The translations under genes and the position numbers were made by a program. DNA of 64,000 nucleotides, from contig CBFFSA010000005.1 in the NCBI GenBank assembly GCA_965644495.1, positions 434,001-498,000 of the forward strand. Reading direction: 5' to 3'. The notes under the pieces were generated by a model. That model saw nothing but the letters and a program-made list of their open reading frames with translations, did no database searches and was not told where the DNA came from. The stretch is from Perkinsela sp. CCAP 1560/9. Taxonomy: Eukaryota; Protista; Euglenozoa: Kinetoplastea. Shown one piece after another: positions 1-10,467 of the stretch (positions within the stretch are counted from its first letter, which is position 1; each line of letters begins with the position of its first letter).

Positions 1-2
1 AG

Positions 3-488
3 ACATACCGACGGGCGACAAATAAAGAGTTGACATTTGACAAGTCCTTGGAGTTTGAAAGAAAGAAAAATGTTCCGGTACGCTATGACAGAGAGCTAAC
101 AGAAACAACTATCCGCACAATGCGTAACGTTGCTGAAACCAAAGCGCGTCGAGCAGAGAGATTTTGGAAAAAGCGCATGGAGGCCAAGGAAGAGACAGAA
201 GAAAAACAAGATTTGTTGGACCTCCGACGTAACATCGACATGGTTGAAGATCCCGTCCTTAAGGCACACGCAAGCAAAACTCTTAAAAATAGTACCACGA
301 AAGCTGACCGAACAAAGATTTCTGAAACTTCTCACGACTCTTCTATGATGATCGACGGTACTCCAGAGGTTCAGACCAATTTCAACACACAAAAATCAGA
401 GAAAAAACAATTGAGAGGCACTAAACACCTTACGAAAGCCAAAACTCTGCGGCGTACAACAGAGAAAATTTCTTTAAATGCAAATTAA
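3..488 (+). CDS. RLP24: Ribosome biogenesis protein RLP24 (L24e-like), 5'-truncated by window edge
   Basis: Open frame from position 3 reads TYRRATNKELTFDKSLEFERKKNVPVRYDRELTETTIRTMRNVAETKARRAERFWKKRM, matching the RLP24 pattern K-E-x-x-x-D-x-x-x-E-F-E-x-x-x-N-x-P-V-x-Y-x-R-E-L; charged C-terminal tail. Confidence 0.85.
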   Translation, partial: TYRRATNKELTFDKSLEFERKKNVPVRYDRELTETTIRTMRNVAETKARRAERFWKKRMEAKEETEEKQDLLDLRRNIDMVEDPVLKAHASKTLKNSTTKADRTKISETSHDSSMMIDGTPEVQTNFNTQKSEKKQLRGTKHLTKAKTLRRTTEKISLNAN

Positions 489-844
489 AAACAGAGTGAA
501 ACATTGAAAGCAAAATATGTAAGTCTCAATTTGACTTGTTTAAAATCAGCCGGTAAGAATGCGTTAAATTGATAATCTTTTATAATGTAGTACTATACTA
601 GTAGGTTACCTACTATTTTGCCTAACTTTACTTTTTCTGGCTCGTAAGTACGTACATGGGACCAATATTATAACACACAATGTGCTAGTCACGACAAAGA
701 AGTCTATTGCAAACACAATATTTGTACCATGTTTGAATTCTTTTTCTATTACTTATAAGTAGGTATTACCTATGAATAAGTAATATTACTTTAAAAAATG
801 AACGTGAAAATATTGTTTGGCATGTCCAACACAGAATTTGTTCA

Positions 845-2596
845 ATGAAGAAATCCACAGAGGTCCTTGCATCAAAATGCTTGCCGTCGAGGATTGAAGT
901 GAGGCCTTCCCGCACTTGGAGATTTCATATCCTCTTCGCAATAACAAGTCTTCTCTTCTTGGTGTTTCTGTTACGCTTTTGTCATCATCATTCGGACTAC
1001 AATGAGCTATTACTAGGGCAGTCGGTTGTTTGGCTCGTAACAACGTTTGTCTTACAATGGTATCTTGCAGCCTTATTTAAGTCTTTACACCTTTATCTAA
1101 CATGGTGCCTCATTCACCGATCTGATGAGGCTCCGTCTTTGACTTTTAGGGATAGTTGGAAGCACAGTCTCCAATGTCTTATCTCAGCGGATGCCTCAAC
1201 TGTGGATGCATTTTTGGCGGGGAGCGAACTGAGCACTATGCTAATATTATTTTACATTTGCGACAGAACGCCTTTGCTTGCACATGCACCTCGTCAGTTT
1301 GATGCTCAATCACTTTATGGGGCATGGCTCTTAATTGCGATATTCGCATTGTGTACAATAAGAAAAATACCTCAAAGAGTGAGCCGTCGGAAACCCTACA
1401 TGCACGGCGAATCAATAGACGACTTAATGGAAGTAAATGATGTTTCATCATACCACATACCTCCACTACCCAGACATCAAACTGAGGAGTGGAAAGGATT
1501 GATGCAGCTTATGTTTCTTCTATATCATTATTACAATGCAACTCAAACTTACAGTCTTATCCGGCTTTGTATTGCAGGATATGTTTGGCTAACAGGTTTT
1601 GGGAACTTCAGCTATTACTACGTCAAACAAGATTTTTCGGGACGTCGAGTAGCCCGCATGTTATGGCGTTTAAACTTCCTTGCAGTGTGTACCTGTCTCA
1701 TGATGGGCAACCAGTTCATGCTGTACTACATCTGCATGCTTCACCTAGTTTTTACACTATTTGTCTTCGCTACTGTGGCGATTCTTCCGTCGATTAATAC
1801 TTCTACAAAAGGTATGACCAGGAAATTTCTTCTTGTTAGCCTTTTTACCGCACTTATTTGGGAAAGCTCTCGGTCTGTTTTCGAAATTATTTGGACTCCA
1901 TTATGGCCCTTCGTGATATATGACCGTTCAGCTCCCCAGCAAAACTTGGCGCACCGTATGTACGAATGGTATTTTCGCTCGAAACTTGATCACTGGATTT
2001 GGATTTTAGGGATGATCACCGCATTCGCTCTTCCATATCTAGACGATGCTTTAAAGCACTTGGACAGTTCCGCACGCTCGCGCCAAACAAAAATAAAAAG
2101 CTTCGCTGCTGTAACAGTCTTTGCTCTCCTTTTTTCGTGGTATGTTTTTCTTTTTCCTTTGGATAAATATTCATACAATGTTCTACATCCCTACACTTCA
2201 TGGTGGCCGCTGCTTGCTTACGTCACGGGACGCAACCTCTTTCAGGTCTTTCGTATGCATTATGTTTCCGGTCTGTCATGGTTTGGGCGCATCACCCTCG
2301 AGACCTACATCTGTCAATTTCACATATGGATGGGAACCTCAGAGCCCAATGGAAATCCGAAAACTGTACTACAACTTCTTCCTCGACAGCACAGTGGGCT
2401 GAATTTCCTACTCTGCTCTACTCTATTTATTTTTCTTGCCTTTCGTGCTGCCCATATCACGAACGTAATTAAAATGTGGGCAATACCAGAAGTTGATACG
2501 ACAGCACGCACAAAATTTTTGCTAAGATGGATCCCCATCATTTTTCTCTCCCTTTATGTCTTAAGTTGGCTTATGCGAACTCTTGCATTAGGGTAA
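845..2596 (+). CDS. Cas1p-domain multi-pass O-acetyltransferase (CASD1/plant RWA family; unrelated to CRISPR Cas1)
   Basis: Motifs LPRHQTEEWKGLMQLMFLLYHYY, IRLCIAGYVWLTGFGNFSYYY, LWRLNF, MLYYICMLH, EWYFRSKLDH, WFGRITLETYICQFHIW; many hydrophobic helices. Confidence 0.9.
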   Translation: MKKSTEVLASKCLPSRIEVRPSRTWRFHILFAITSLLFLVFLLRFCHHHSDYNELLLGQSVVWLVTTFVLQWYLAALFKSLHLYLTWCLIHRSDEAPSLTFRDSWKHSLQCLISADASTVDAFLAGSELSTMLILFYICDRTPLLAHAPRQFDAQSLYGAWLLIAIFALCTIRKIPQRVSRRKPYMHGESIDDLMEVNDVSSYHIPPLPRHQTEEWKGLMQLMFLLYHYYNATQTYSLIRLCIAGYVWLTGFGNFSYYYVKQDFSGRRVARMLWRLNFLAVCTCLMMGNQFMLYYICMLHLVFTLFVFATVAILPSINTSTKGMTRKFLLVSLFTALIWESSRSVFEIIWTPLWPFVIYDRSAPQQNLAHRMYEWYFRSKLDHWIWILGMITAFALPYLDDALKHLDSSARSRQTKIKSFAAVTVFALLFSWYVFLFPLDKYSYNVLHPYTSWWPLLAYVTGRNLFQVFRMHYVSGLSWFGRITLETYICQFHIWMGTSEPNGNPKTVLQLLPRQHSGLNFLLCSTLFIFLAFRAAHITNVIKMWAIPEVDTTARTKFLLRWIPIIFLSLYVLSWLMRTLALG

Positions 2597-2833
2597 AACT
2601 GTATTCCGTTGTATTTGCAACGCCTAAAATTAGTTCTTTAAAGATTTTCAAATCTTTATACATGGGTGACCAATAGAGTACACTAAAGTATAAGCACCAA
2701 AAAATCTGTAACCAAGAAAAATATCAAGCAAAAACTTCCCAGCAAGCATCACTCTACACAACAACAAAAACAAAAAACAAAAAACAAAAAAAAAATTACT
2801 CGTCCTTACGAAACCTTCCCTACCCCCTCCCCC

Positions 2834-4060
2834 ATGCCCCTCTCCCCTCTCCACCCCCCTCCTCTCCTCCCCTCCCCCTTCCACGCCCCCCGACGCTTCC
2901 TCCACCTCTACGAGGGGGTCGCCAAGCGACTCCTCTCCCCCGTCGCCGCGGTCCAGAACGGGTTCGTGTGCCCCACGGTGGCCCACGCGGCCCGGGCCGG
3001 GGCGCGTCTCCCCGCGGGCCGTGCCGTCGTCAAGGCCCACGTGCTGGCCGGGGGCCGCGGCAAGGGGGTGTTCACCCACGGGCTCAAAGGGGGGGTCCAC
3101 CTGTGTGCCTCGCGGGACCAGGTCGCGGGGGTCGCGAAAGCGATGCTGGGCCACACCCTGGTGACGAGCCAGACCGGGCCGGGGGGGTGTGTGGTGCGGG
3201 AGGTTTTCGTGGCGGAGTGCTTGGAGTATGAAAGGGAGTACTATGTGGCGATTACCCTGGAGGCGTCCGCAGGGGGGGCGGTGCTGTTGGTGTCGGCGGC
3301 GGGTGGGGTGGAGGTGGAGAAGGGGTGTCCGGGGGAGGTGGTGAGGGTGGGGATTGCGTACGACACGGGGTTGAGTTTGGAAAAGGCTCAGGAGGTGGCG
3401 CAGAAATTAGGCATGAAATCACAGGCGGCGCAGTTTTTTGTGGATCTTTATGAATTCAGCAGGTCTAATGATGCGCTGTTGGTGGAAATTAACCCTTTTG
3501 TGGAGCTGTCTGGGGGGAGAGGGTACGCCTGTGTGGATGCCAAGATTACTATAGACGATAACGCCCTTTTTCGTCACAAAGCTCTTAGCGAAGAATGGTG
3601 CCGAGAAGTTCTTGATCCTCGAGAGGCAGAGGCTCGCAAATGGAATATTAATTATATTGGTCTTGACGGAGATGTCGGCTGTCTTGTCAATGGCGCAGGA
3701 TTGGCGATGGCAACAATGGACACCATTCACCTTTTCGGTGGAACCCCTGCTAATTTTCTTGATATTGGTGGATCTGCTGACGCAGAGCAGGTTAACGCGG
3801 CGCTTCAATTAATTCAAAAAGATCCTCGCGTTAAAGTTATTCTCATTAATATTTTTGGGGGGATTATGAAATGTGACACAATTGCGCAAGGCGTCGTGCA
3901 GGCGTGTAAGGCCGTCACCCCTCGTGTGCCTCTTGTGGTCAGGCTCTCAGGCACCAATCAAGATCTGGGCATACAAATTTTGGCCGAAAGTGGCTTGAAA
4001 ATTGAATCAGCCACCGACTTGTCTGACGCAGCCGAAAAAACTATGAAATTCTTGAAATAG
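2834..4060 (+). CDS. LSC2: Succinyl-CoA ligase beta subunit, mitochondrial
   Basis: KAHVLAGGRGKG, EREYYVAI, LVEINPF, DAKITIDDNALFRH, GCLVNGAGLAMATMD, PANFLDIGG, INIFGGIMKCD, PLVVRLSGTN. Confidence 0.95.
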   Translation: MPLSPLHPPPLLPSPFHAPRRFLHLYEGVAKRLLSPVAAVQNGFVCPTVAHAARAGARLPAGRAVVKAHVLAGGRGKGVFTHGLKGGVHLCASRDQVAGVAKAMLGHTLVTSQTGPGGCVVREVFVAECLEYEREYYVAITLEASAGGAVLLVSAAGGVEVEKGCPGEVVRVGIAYDTGLSLEKAQEVAQKLGMKSQAAQFFVDLYEFSRSNDALLVEINPFVELSGGRGYACVDAKITIDDNALFRHKALSEEWCREVLDPREAEARKWNINYIGLDGDVGCLVNGAGLAMATMDTIHLFGGTPANFLDIGGSADAEQVNAALQLIQKDPRVKVILINIFGGIMKCDTIAQGVVQACKAVTPRVPLVVRLSGTNQDLGIQILAESGLKIESATDLSDAAEKTMKFLK

Positions 4061-4126
4061 TGTTTGTATACGAATTTATGAGCGGTTTTCATTATGCCTA
4101 TCCTTGACTCCGTACTTTGCTTCGGA

Positions 4127-4186
4127 GTTTGTATTCTCCTACTATAGAATTGAAAACGTTTGTATTCTCCTACTAGAATTGAAAAC
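4127..4186. repeat. Two-copy tandem duplication (31/29 bp)
   Basis: GTTTGTATTCTCCTACTATAGAATTGAAAAC directly followed by GTTTGTATTCTCCTACTAGAATTGAAAAC, no spacer. Confidence 0.9.
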
Positions 4187-4249
4187 GGCCTTTTGTCGAC
4201 AAATTTCAATTTTGCACTACAGTAATATTTCTTTATGTTACTGTAATAA

Positions 4250-4474
4250 ATGTCGGAGAGCACACCCGATTTTGAACGGCATCTAAGGAGTTGCATGAGC
4301 ACGCTGTTAGATGAGACAAAATCCAAATTTGATACTATTGCTTCTCGAGTTACAGCTAAGGTAGATGAGATTGGCATTGTTTTAAATAAGTTAGAGAATC
4401 AATTGGAGTCATCTCTCATGAGCTTAGTGGATCCACCTGACAGCGAATGCAATAAACCTTCGCCGGCGAAGTAG
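4250..4474 (+). CDS. HSBP1: Heat shock factor-binding protein 1-like small coiled-coil protein
   Basis: 74 aa; LRSCMSTLLDETKSKFDTIASRVTAKVDEIGIVLNKLENQL parallels HSBP1 [41 protein letters not shown]. Confidence 0.7.
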   Translation: MSESTPDFERHLRSCMSTLLDETKSKFDTIASRVTAKVDEIGIVLNKLENQLESSLMSLVDPPDSECNKPSPAK

Positions 4475-5151
4475 TGTTGTTTTGATTGCAATACTTGACA
4501 TGAAAATTATTAAAGAAAATCCTACTTTACAGTAGCATTTATTTCTAAGCAGCGTGGTGACAGGATTTTAAAAAGCACACAGCTCGAAAATGTACGCATA
4601 GAAAAAAAAGGTACATATCCCTACCACTCCCTTTACTTTTGTCTTCTAAGCACGCCTGAAATGTGGTTCGAAAAGATTAAATGTGGTTTGAAAAAAGAAA
4701 TATGGATTTCTTGCCTTTCCTTGAAATGAATTTCACCTGACTTTTGCTGTCGATTTCTTATGACTTAGTATTTTCGGCTTGTGTTATTCTTTAGTCAAAA
4801 ATAATGGGATTATCCGTGATGCCGGATAAAGAATAGCGAATTTAATAACAATAATTTAGTCAAACTTAATATCACTAAACTGTACTGTGAAACACACAAG
4901 ATTTCGTATTTTCCCCAAATTTAAAAAGGGACTGAAATGAGAATCAGGAACACGAAAACAAGGCTTTTATTCGCGGCCCTTACAATGCAAACTTACGAAC
5001 TGTATCGGGTCCTTTTACTCCATCGATGGAATAGGTCCTGTTTCTATGATTCATAAACTTTCGGATGACAATCAGCTTCTTAGAAGCAATATTGATCAAC
5101 ACTGTCAAGTTGCATAAAATAGAAGTATCGCGCACAAGGGAAACTAGGTGA

Positions 5152-7962
5152 ATGTCATCCAGATGTATTTTTATACAGCCCAGTAAGCTACCAGTATTAG
5201 CTAAAACCTGTTTTTATTGCGCTCGCGCAAGCCTTTACCTTAGCATAGCTCGTTCGTGTGCAACCCAGACACCTTGCACGACCAAAGACTCTATGTTCGA
5301 TGGATCCCAGCGTCCGTCTTCTACTCAATTTGCTTTAATGTTGCATCAAGATATAGCAAGGTTTGAAGCCCAGTCTATCAGCAATTTGGATAACATGAGT
5401 TTAGCTCGAGTAGCAAATTTCGTTACTCGTCTTGAAAGAATACGACGCAATTCAAACTATGGGGCCACGTCAAATTCTTGTACGCACAAGGTCGAAGCAG
5501 ATGATCTCTATCTAATAGCATCCATAGAAGCCGGTGAACAGTATGGATTTCGAAGGTTTTCAGCTACTCTCAACTTGTATTTGCCGTACCCTTATGGCAC
5601 TCGCACAGCATGCGGGGTGGGCATAGATCCCAAAGAAGCAAGAGTACTTGCGGCGATGCACGCCGAACGCATTCTAGGAGCCCTAGGTTTTCCTCTATTT
5701 CGCCTTTCTTCTGCTCAGCTTAATTACGCTAATTCTGTTGGAGATAAATTTACCATACATTCACAAAAACAGGATCCGAAAGTGCCGACACCACCGATAC
5801 TCATATCAAAACGAATTGCAGTGAAAGATAGCAGAGAAAGGAATGCGGTAACCTCTACCCTTTCAGCTATGTGGCCTCGAAGAAAGGAAGCTTCTCTCTG
5901 GCATACCCTCACCTCTCCAAGTGTTGTCGATAAGAGAAGTCTAGCCCGCATTAGTCGCTGGTATAGATCACACACGCCCAGAAAACTTGGTCACTTTGCT
6001 CACTATTCCAAAGTATTGCTAAAATCTGATGAAAACTCCCCGAAACGTTTATGTCGCATAGTTCTTTATATGCCAAAATACGTCTTACAGGCTTACACTG
6101 ATGAACGGGTGTATGCTATAGGTTACGGGATTACGTGGCGACGGGCGCTTTTTGCAGCAGCGATGCACGCCGAATTGCTACTAGATTACTATGGCGCTCC
6201 TTTGCATAAACAAGCTTTCTTTCAGCAAGCTCATGAGAGCACGTTATTTTTGCTGAAGAGAGTTTTTAACGAACAAAAAGTTGCAGCCGACAAGAGTAGC
6301 TCTTCTCAAACGGCCGATACTTCTCCGCCTCTTCCTATTCGCATATTTTCGCAAAGGGTCAGTACTCAAACCTTTGGATCTTATAAAGAAATTGTTGATC
6401 TGGACGACATCGAGGCTACGAAAACGAGTCATCAAAATTTACGACACTCCAGAATTAATATGTCCAAAAGCGAAAACAAAGTGCTTTTTCAAAATGGACT
6501 TCGAACCGCAAACGAATTCAATATGTCACACGGAACCATTCTTGTAAAATCTGTCTACGTTCATCGTGCCAAGTTGTGGAGAGTGCAATGTTTCAATGCT
6601 TCTAATAAAGATGTCGAAGGCGTAGGAGTAGCACGTAGATACTACAATGCGTATCGACTTGCCGTCATGCATCTTTCTGAAAACAATCTCGTACGGAACA
6701 AAGCGGAAATGGCGACACATAGCATAGAATTCAAAGATGTTTCTACATGCAAAAACTCTTTCACATCCACTACTGTCGATGAGCAGTCTGATATTTGCGT
6801 GGAAGCACGGAAATCAAGCACCCTATCAGCAGATCAAAATTCATGCAAAAGCGAAGGGAAGATCACTTGTCAAAGCAGAAGCACTGGTCATCCAGCTTCG
6901 GAAAATCGGTGCGATTTTTACTATCATGTGGAAAAGAAGTATATTGCTCCCATCGTTTACGGTCCTGCAAGGGAAACTCTCGAGCATGAAGGATATACAG
7001 TTGTCCCCGCCAACCTAGGAAAATGTGGAAATCCATACGCGCAAATATCTCTTCAGGATGTAGATCCCAATTCCATAAGAAGAATGACTCATTACTTTCA
7101 ACGGCTAGGGCTTCATCTACGTGAATTTTTGCATGCAAAAGCTACATCGTCCCTGTGTTCACACAAAACTTATCAAGTCGAGCTCAAGTTCCCGTTACCA
7201 TACACGATCAGGAGATCTGTTTCTTTTAAGCAAATCGATTCGAATCACGCAATCGATGTTGCCTCTCCTTCAGTTTCTATTGGTGTGGGACATTCTATAA
7301 ACGAAGCACTTTGTCTAGCTTGCATGCATGCTGAGTGTACGCTTCAATACTATGGTGTACGACTTTTTGATAATTTGAACACTCAGTATCTTCACGATAT
7401 TTTAGTTGTCCGTCGTCCATCCTCCATTCCGCTTCCTATTCGTTATGAATGTGAGGAGAGTGTGCGTTGGCTACGGTTTGTTCAGTGGCGACAGGGTAAA
7501 AAGAAGGCACGAGTTCCCGAATACCAGTCACAAGACTTGACGTCGTACGAAAAATTTTCTTATGGGAAAATAGATCACCGCGCAGAGTATCGTGTTCGAC
7601 GCTACTTAGAAGTATATTTTGGCTGTTCGTTGCGGGAACAAACTTTATTGTGGAGGATTGATCCTAAACGATACTTGGCATGTATTGATATTCCGTTGCA
7701 TTTAACCGGACAGGAATTGCCGGATATCAAAAATAAAGAAACTTTTGTGCAAGCTTCCTGCAGTTTCGGTGACAAAGAAACCCAAATCAAAGCCTACGGT
7801 ATCGGATTTTCTGAAAAACACGCCCTTATTGCTGCTTGTATTCACGCGGAGCGGCTACTTCGTCGTAGGAAAGTAACCATGTTTGAAGACGAACTACTGA
7901 ATGACAAATGGATCGAATCGTATTCTGTTGTTCCCTCTCTTCGTCCCATATGCATCGAATAA
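5152..7962 (+). CDS. Protein with five dsRBD-like repeats resembling the non-helicase region of kinetoplastid RNA editing helicase 2; probably mitochondrial
   Basis: Repeated G-x-G-x4/5-A-x3-A-x-M/I-H(AE) motif: GVGIDPKEARVLAAMHAERILGALGFPLF; GYGITWRRALFAAAMHAELLLDYYG; GVGVARRYYNAYRLAVMHL; GVGHSINEALCLACMHAECTLQYYG; GIGFSEKHALIAACIHAERLL. No DExH motifs seen. Confidence 0.6.
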   Translation: MSSRCIFIQPSKLPVLAKTCFYCARASLYLSIARSCATQTPCTTKDSMFDGSQRPSSTQFALMLHQDIARFEAQSISNLDNMSLARVANFVTRLERIRRNSNYGATSNSCTHKVEADDLYLIASIEAGEQYGFRRFSATLNLYLPYPYGTRTACGVGIDPKEARVLAAMHAERILGALGFPLFRLSSAQLNYANSVGDKFTIHSQKQDPKVPTPPILISKRIAVKDSRERNAVTSTLSAMWPRRKEASLWHTLTSPSVVDKRSLARISRWYRSHTPRKLGHFAHYSKVLLKSDENSPKRLCRIVLYMPKYVLQAYTDERVYAIGYGITWRRALFAAAMHAELLLDYYGAPLHKQAFFQQAHESTLFLLKRVFNEQKVAADKSSSSQTADTSPPLPIRIFSQRVSTQTFGSYKEIVDLDDIEATKTSHQNLRHSRINMSKSENKVLFQNGLRTANEFNMSHGTILVKSVYVHRAKLWRVQCFNASNKDVEGVGVARRYYNAYRLAVMHLSENNLVRNKAEMATHSIEFKDVSTCKNSFTSTTVDEQSDICVEARKSSTLSADQNSCKSEGKITCQSRSTGHPASENRCDFYYHVEKKYIAPIVYGPARETLEHEGYTVVPANLGKCGNPYAQISLQDVDPNSIRRMTHYFQRLGLHLREFLHAKATSSLCSHKTYQVELKFPLPYTIRRSVSFKQIDSNHAIDVASPSVSIGVGHSINEALCLACMHAECTLQYYGVRLFDNLNTQYLHDILVVRRPSSIPLPIRYECEESVRWLRFVQWRQGKKKARVPEYQSQDLTSYEKFSYGKIDHRAEYRVRRYLEVYFGCSLREQTLLWRIDPKRYLACIDIPLHLTGQELPDIKNKETFVQASCSFGDKETQIKAYGIGFSEKHALIAACIHAERLLRRRKVTMFEDELLNDKWIESYSVVPSLRPICIE

Positions 7963-8295
7963 GGGTAGGTCCGAATAACATTGTAGTCAAGAAAAGATAA
8001 GCGACTTGCGGAGTCAAATGGAATGTTTAGAGCTTGTGGGTGAGTCTGCAATATGCAAAGCCTCTTTTGTAACATTGTTGCAAAAAGTCTAATTTATTAA
8101 GCAAATGATTTTCATAGTCGAATGTATCTGAATCTTGATAGGTAAGAACCTTGACTAAAACAGCAACAGTGGAAGGATATTGTATCCGTTCTTTAATCCT
8201 TACTTAAACAATATCTACACCGTACTGCTTTTTACCGATGACCCTATCACTTTTAGTAATTTTTTGAAATTCTATAGCAATAAAAAAATATTAGA

Positions 8296-9003
8296 ATGGC
8301 GTCCCGGAAGTCTGTAAAACGAACACCTGCCAAAGATTCGAATCTTGCTTCTAAAACGCCGAAGACGAAAAAAGTAGCGCGCAAGAGACAGTCTTCACAC
8401 GGAAAAACGTACGTTTCATTAGGCAGCCCGGTACACACATCACGAGAAGCGTCCCTTGAAAGCCTGACTAGCAATCCACACTTTGAATCTCCGGTCCTTC
8501 TCTCAAGTCCTTTTGATTCCTTCCAATACGGTTCACTTCACATAGAAGGGAATAGAGCACGCCAAGAAGAGGATGTCGGCACTACAAAGGCATCAATTGT
8601 AGTGCCCTCAGCTGGAACTTTATTTTTTCCTTTCCATCAAAGAGAGCGCCTAGTTTTTCGCCATCAATTACCTGATTCAGGAAAGGAGGACACTCTTAGT
8701 TCACAATTTGCTCCAAAGCACTATTTTTTTATTTACGCTTCCTTTGACGATTCTCAAGGCTATCTACAGATTCCAATACCAAGCGTAAAAAACTTTTATG
8801 GCGTTTTATCCGCAAATTTTACAGAAAATTTAGAAGCCGATTGTTTCTTTGTACTTGAGAACAAAGAGAACAACGATGTAGTTCACAAAGTTTATTTTGG
8901 TCACGACCCTGCCTTAATGGAGGCTTTCAGACGTGGCATCATGCACTTGGGTGTTTGTTTGTTTGCTCCTAGAAGCGAAGTAAACATCATGAGATCATGT
9001 TAA
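8296..9003 (+). CDS. Hypothetical protein, basic N-terminus
   Basis: 235-aa ATG-initiated ORF co-oriented with the cluster; K/R-rich N-terminus, beta-rich C-terminal half; no family recognised. Confidence 0.65.
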   Translation: MASRKSVKRTPAKDSNLASKTPKTKKVARKRQSSHGKTYVSLGSPVHTSREASLESLTSNPHFESPVLLSSPFDSFQYGSLHIEGNRARQEEDVGTTKASIVVPSAGTLFFPFHQRERLVFRHQLPDSGKEDTLSSQFAPKHYFFIYASFDDSQGYLQIPIPSVKNFYGVLSANFTENLEADCFFVLENKENNDVVHKVYFGHDPALMEAFRRGIMHLGVCLFAPRSEVNIMRSC

Positions 9004-9318
9004 ATATATCGTACTACTACACTACCGATTGCTTCGTTTTTTTAAAGCACCAAAAGATTTTTTCATACTACAAATTTTATTCGTTGAGAGAGGCCCTTAC
9101 ATGGCTGGTAAATAATCTAGCTTTCGACTAACTCAGTCCAATACTGAATGTAGGAAGCAAAACATTCGAAATATTTTAGCGAGCATTAAAAAAAATTACA
9201 ACACAAAACAAATGCTAACTTATACAAATGTATGCCTGTACGTATACCTGCCTGCCATGTACAAGGCTGGTTCAATTGATCCCATACTTTTTCGTCTTAA
9301 TATTTTTTTCTCTTTCCC

Positions 9319-10467
9319 ATGAATGACAGTGTCCAAGACAATCTTGGTCCTCTCTTGGTTAGCGAAGTGCCACGGGCCATTATTCTTCTTTTGGATCTCA
9401 CTCCGTATGACGGAACCATCAATCTGAATTCAGATTCTTCACATATACTCAACGCTTCCTCTTTGCAAAGGATTCCTTTTTTGGACCAAGTCTTGTTCAT
9501 TCTTACGGCTTGTCAGTCTATGGGGCACACGGTACAAGTTTTGGTATTATATGGTCCTCATTGTGCATGGATAGACGTTGATTCAGTTGGTCCAATTGTA
9601 GGGAAAGTAATAGGGGACTCTGACATCATGCCAGACTCATTTGCGCCTGTTCCATCACTCGACAATATAGTAAATGACACTTCAGCAAAGTCTCCTGAGG
9701 GTGAGACTCCAGAAGAAGAAAAATACACTTATCCTCAAGCTGCATTCTTCATGCAATCTATTCTTTCAATCCTACAAAATATAAAGTTGACCGCATCTGT
9801 GCTGAAAGAAAAGACGGACAGTGTCCGAGCAGTCTTACCCCCTTCTGTAGACATTGGCACTGCTCTTAGTTTAGCTTTATGCGCTTGGCATCGTATTCAA
9901 TCTCAATTTTCCACAGCAAATTCCAGAAATATTGGTCATCGTCAAGAGTCTACATTAGAATTTGATGCCAATATAGAACCTCACGTAATTCTTCTCCTTC
10001 CAGAGTGTGCTATCACACAACAAAATCAATTTACGAATTCTTCTTGGAAGAAACTTATGAACGCAACCTTTTGTTCAATGCAGGAGGGCGTTTCTTTCTC
10101 TACAGTTCTTTGGAAAAATAAGTTTTCTGAAGCAAATAGGAGCAGCCGTTCTGAACATTTCACGACTGGTTCGTCAAACGATTTAAACATTCTTTTAGCT
10201 TTGCGTCACGTTGCATACCTGACTCATGGAGTAGTAGTGCACGCTGCACTGGATGAAATCGTACCCGTCGTTCTTGAATCGCTAAAGAGGTCTAGATCTA
10301 ATATTGGATCCCTTAACACTACTAGCACAGAAACCCGGTCCGACTTGAGACCTGCATGTTGCTGTCATGGAGCTCTAACGGGAGTAGCGAATATATGTCC
10401 TCAGTGTCTGCGCGTGTTCTGCAATAATTGGAAGTCATCTTGCTGTCACGTTTGCTCTGGAAAGTGA
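9319..10467 (+). CDS. TFB4: TFIIH subunit p34/Tfb4
   Basis: N-terminal vWA-like start (IILLLDLTP), GTALSLALC, LMNATF, C-terminal DLRPACCCH...ICPQCLRVFC...CHVC zinc-binding region typical of Tfb4. Confidence 0.85.
   Translation: MNDSVQDNLGPLLVSEVPRAIILLLDLTPYDGTINLNSDSSHILNASSLQRIPFLDQVLFILTACQSMGHTVQVLVLYGPHCAWIDVDSVGPIVGKVIGDSDIMPDSFAPVPSLDNIVNDTSAKSPEGETPEEEKYTYPQAAFFMQSILSILQNIKLTASVLKEKTDSVRAVLPPSVDIGTALSLALCAWHRIQSQFSTANSRNIGHRQESTLEFDANIEPHVILLLPECAITQQNQFTNSSWKKLMNATFCSMQEGVSFSTVLWKNKFSEANRSSRSEHFTTGSSNDLNILLALRHVAYLTHGVVVHAALDEIVPVVLESLKRSRSNIGSLNTTSTETRSDLRPACCCHGALTGVANICPQCLRVFCNNWKSSCCHVCSGK

Noticed and set aside
4127-4186. Repeat resembling a type I-B CRISPR repeat (GTTT...ATTGAAAAC), with a 'Cas1p' gene nearby
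   Set aside because: Only two abutting copies, no spacer, eukaryotic context and no cas genes. The Cas1p domain is a capsule O-acetyltransferase unrelated to CRISPR Cas1.
4480-5150. Possible snoRNA/tRNA genes in the longer spacer (TTATCCG/CGGATAA hairpin, TGA/CTGA boxes, GGTTCGA)
   Set aside because: No complete C/D box pair with terminal stem, and no cloverleaf could be built.
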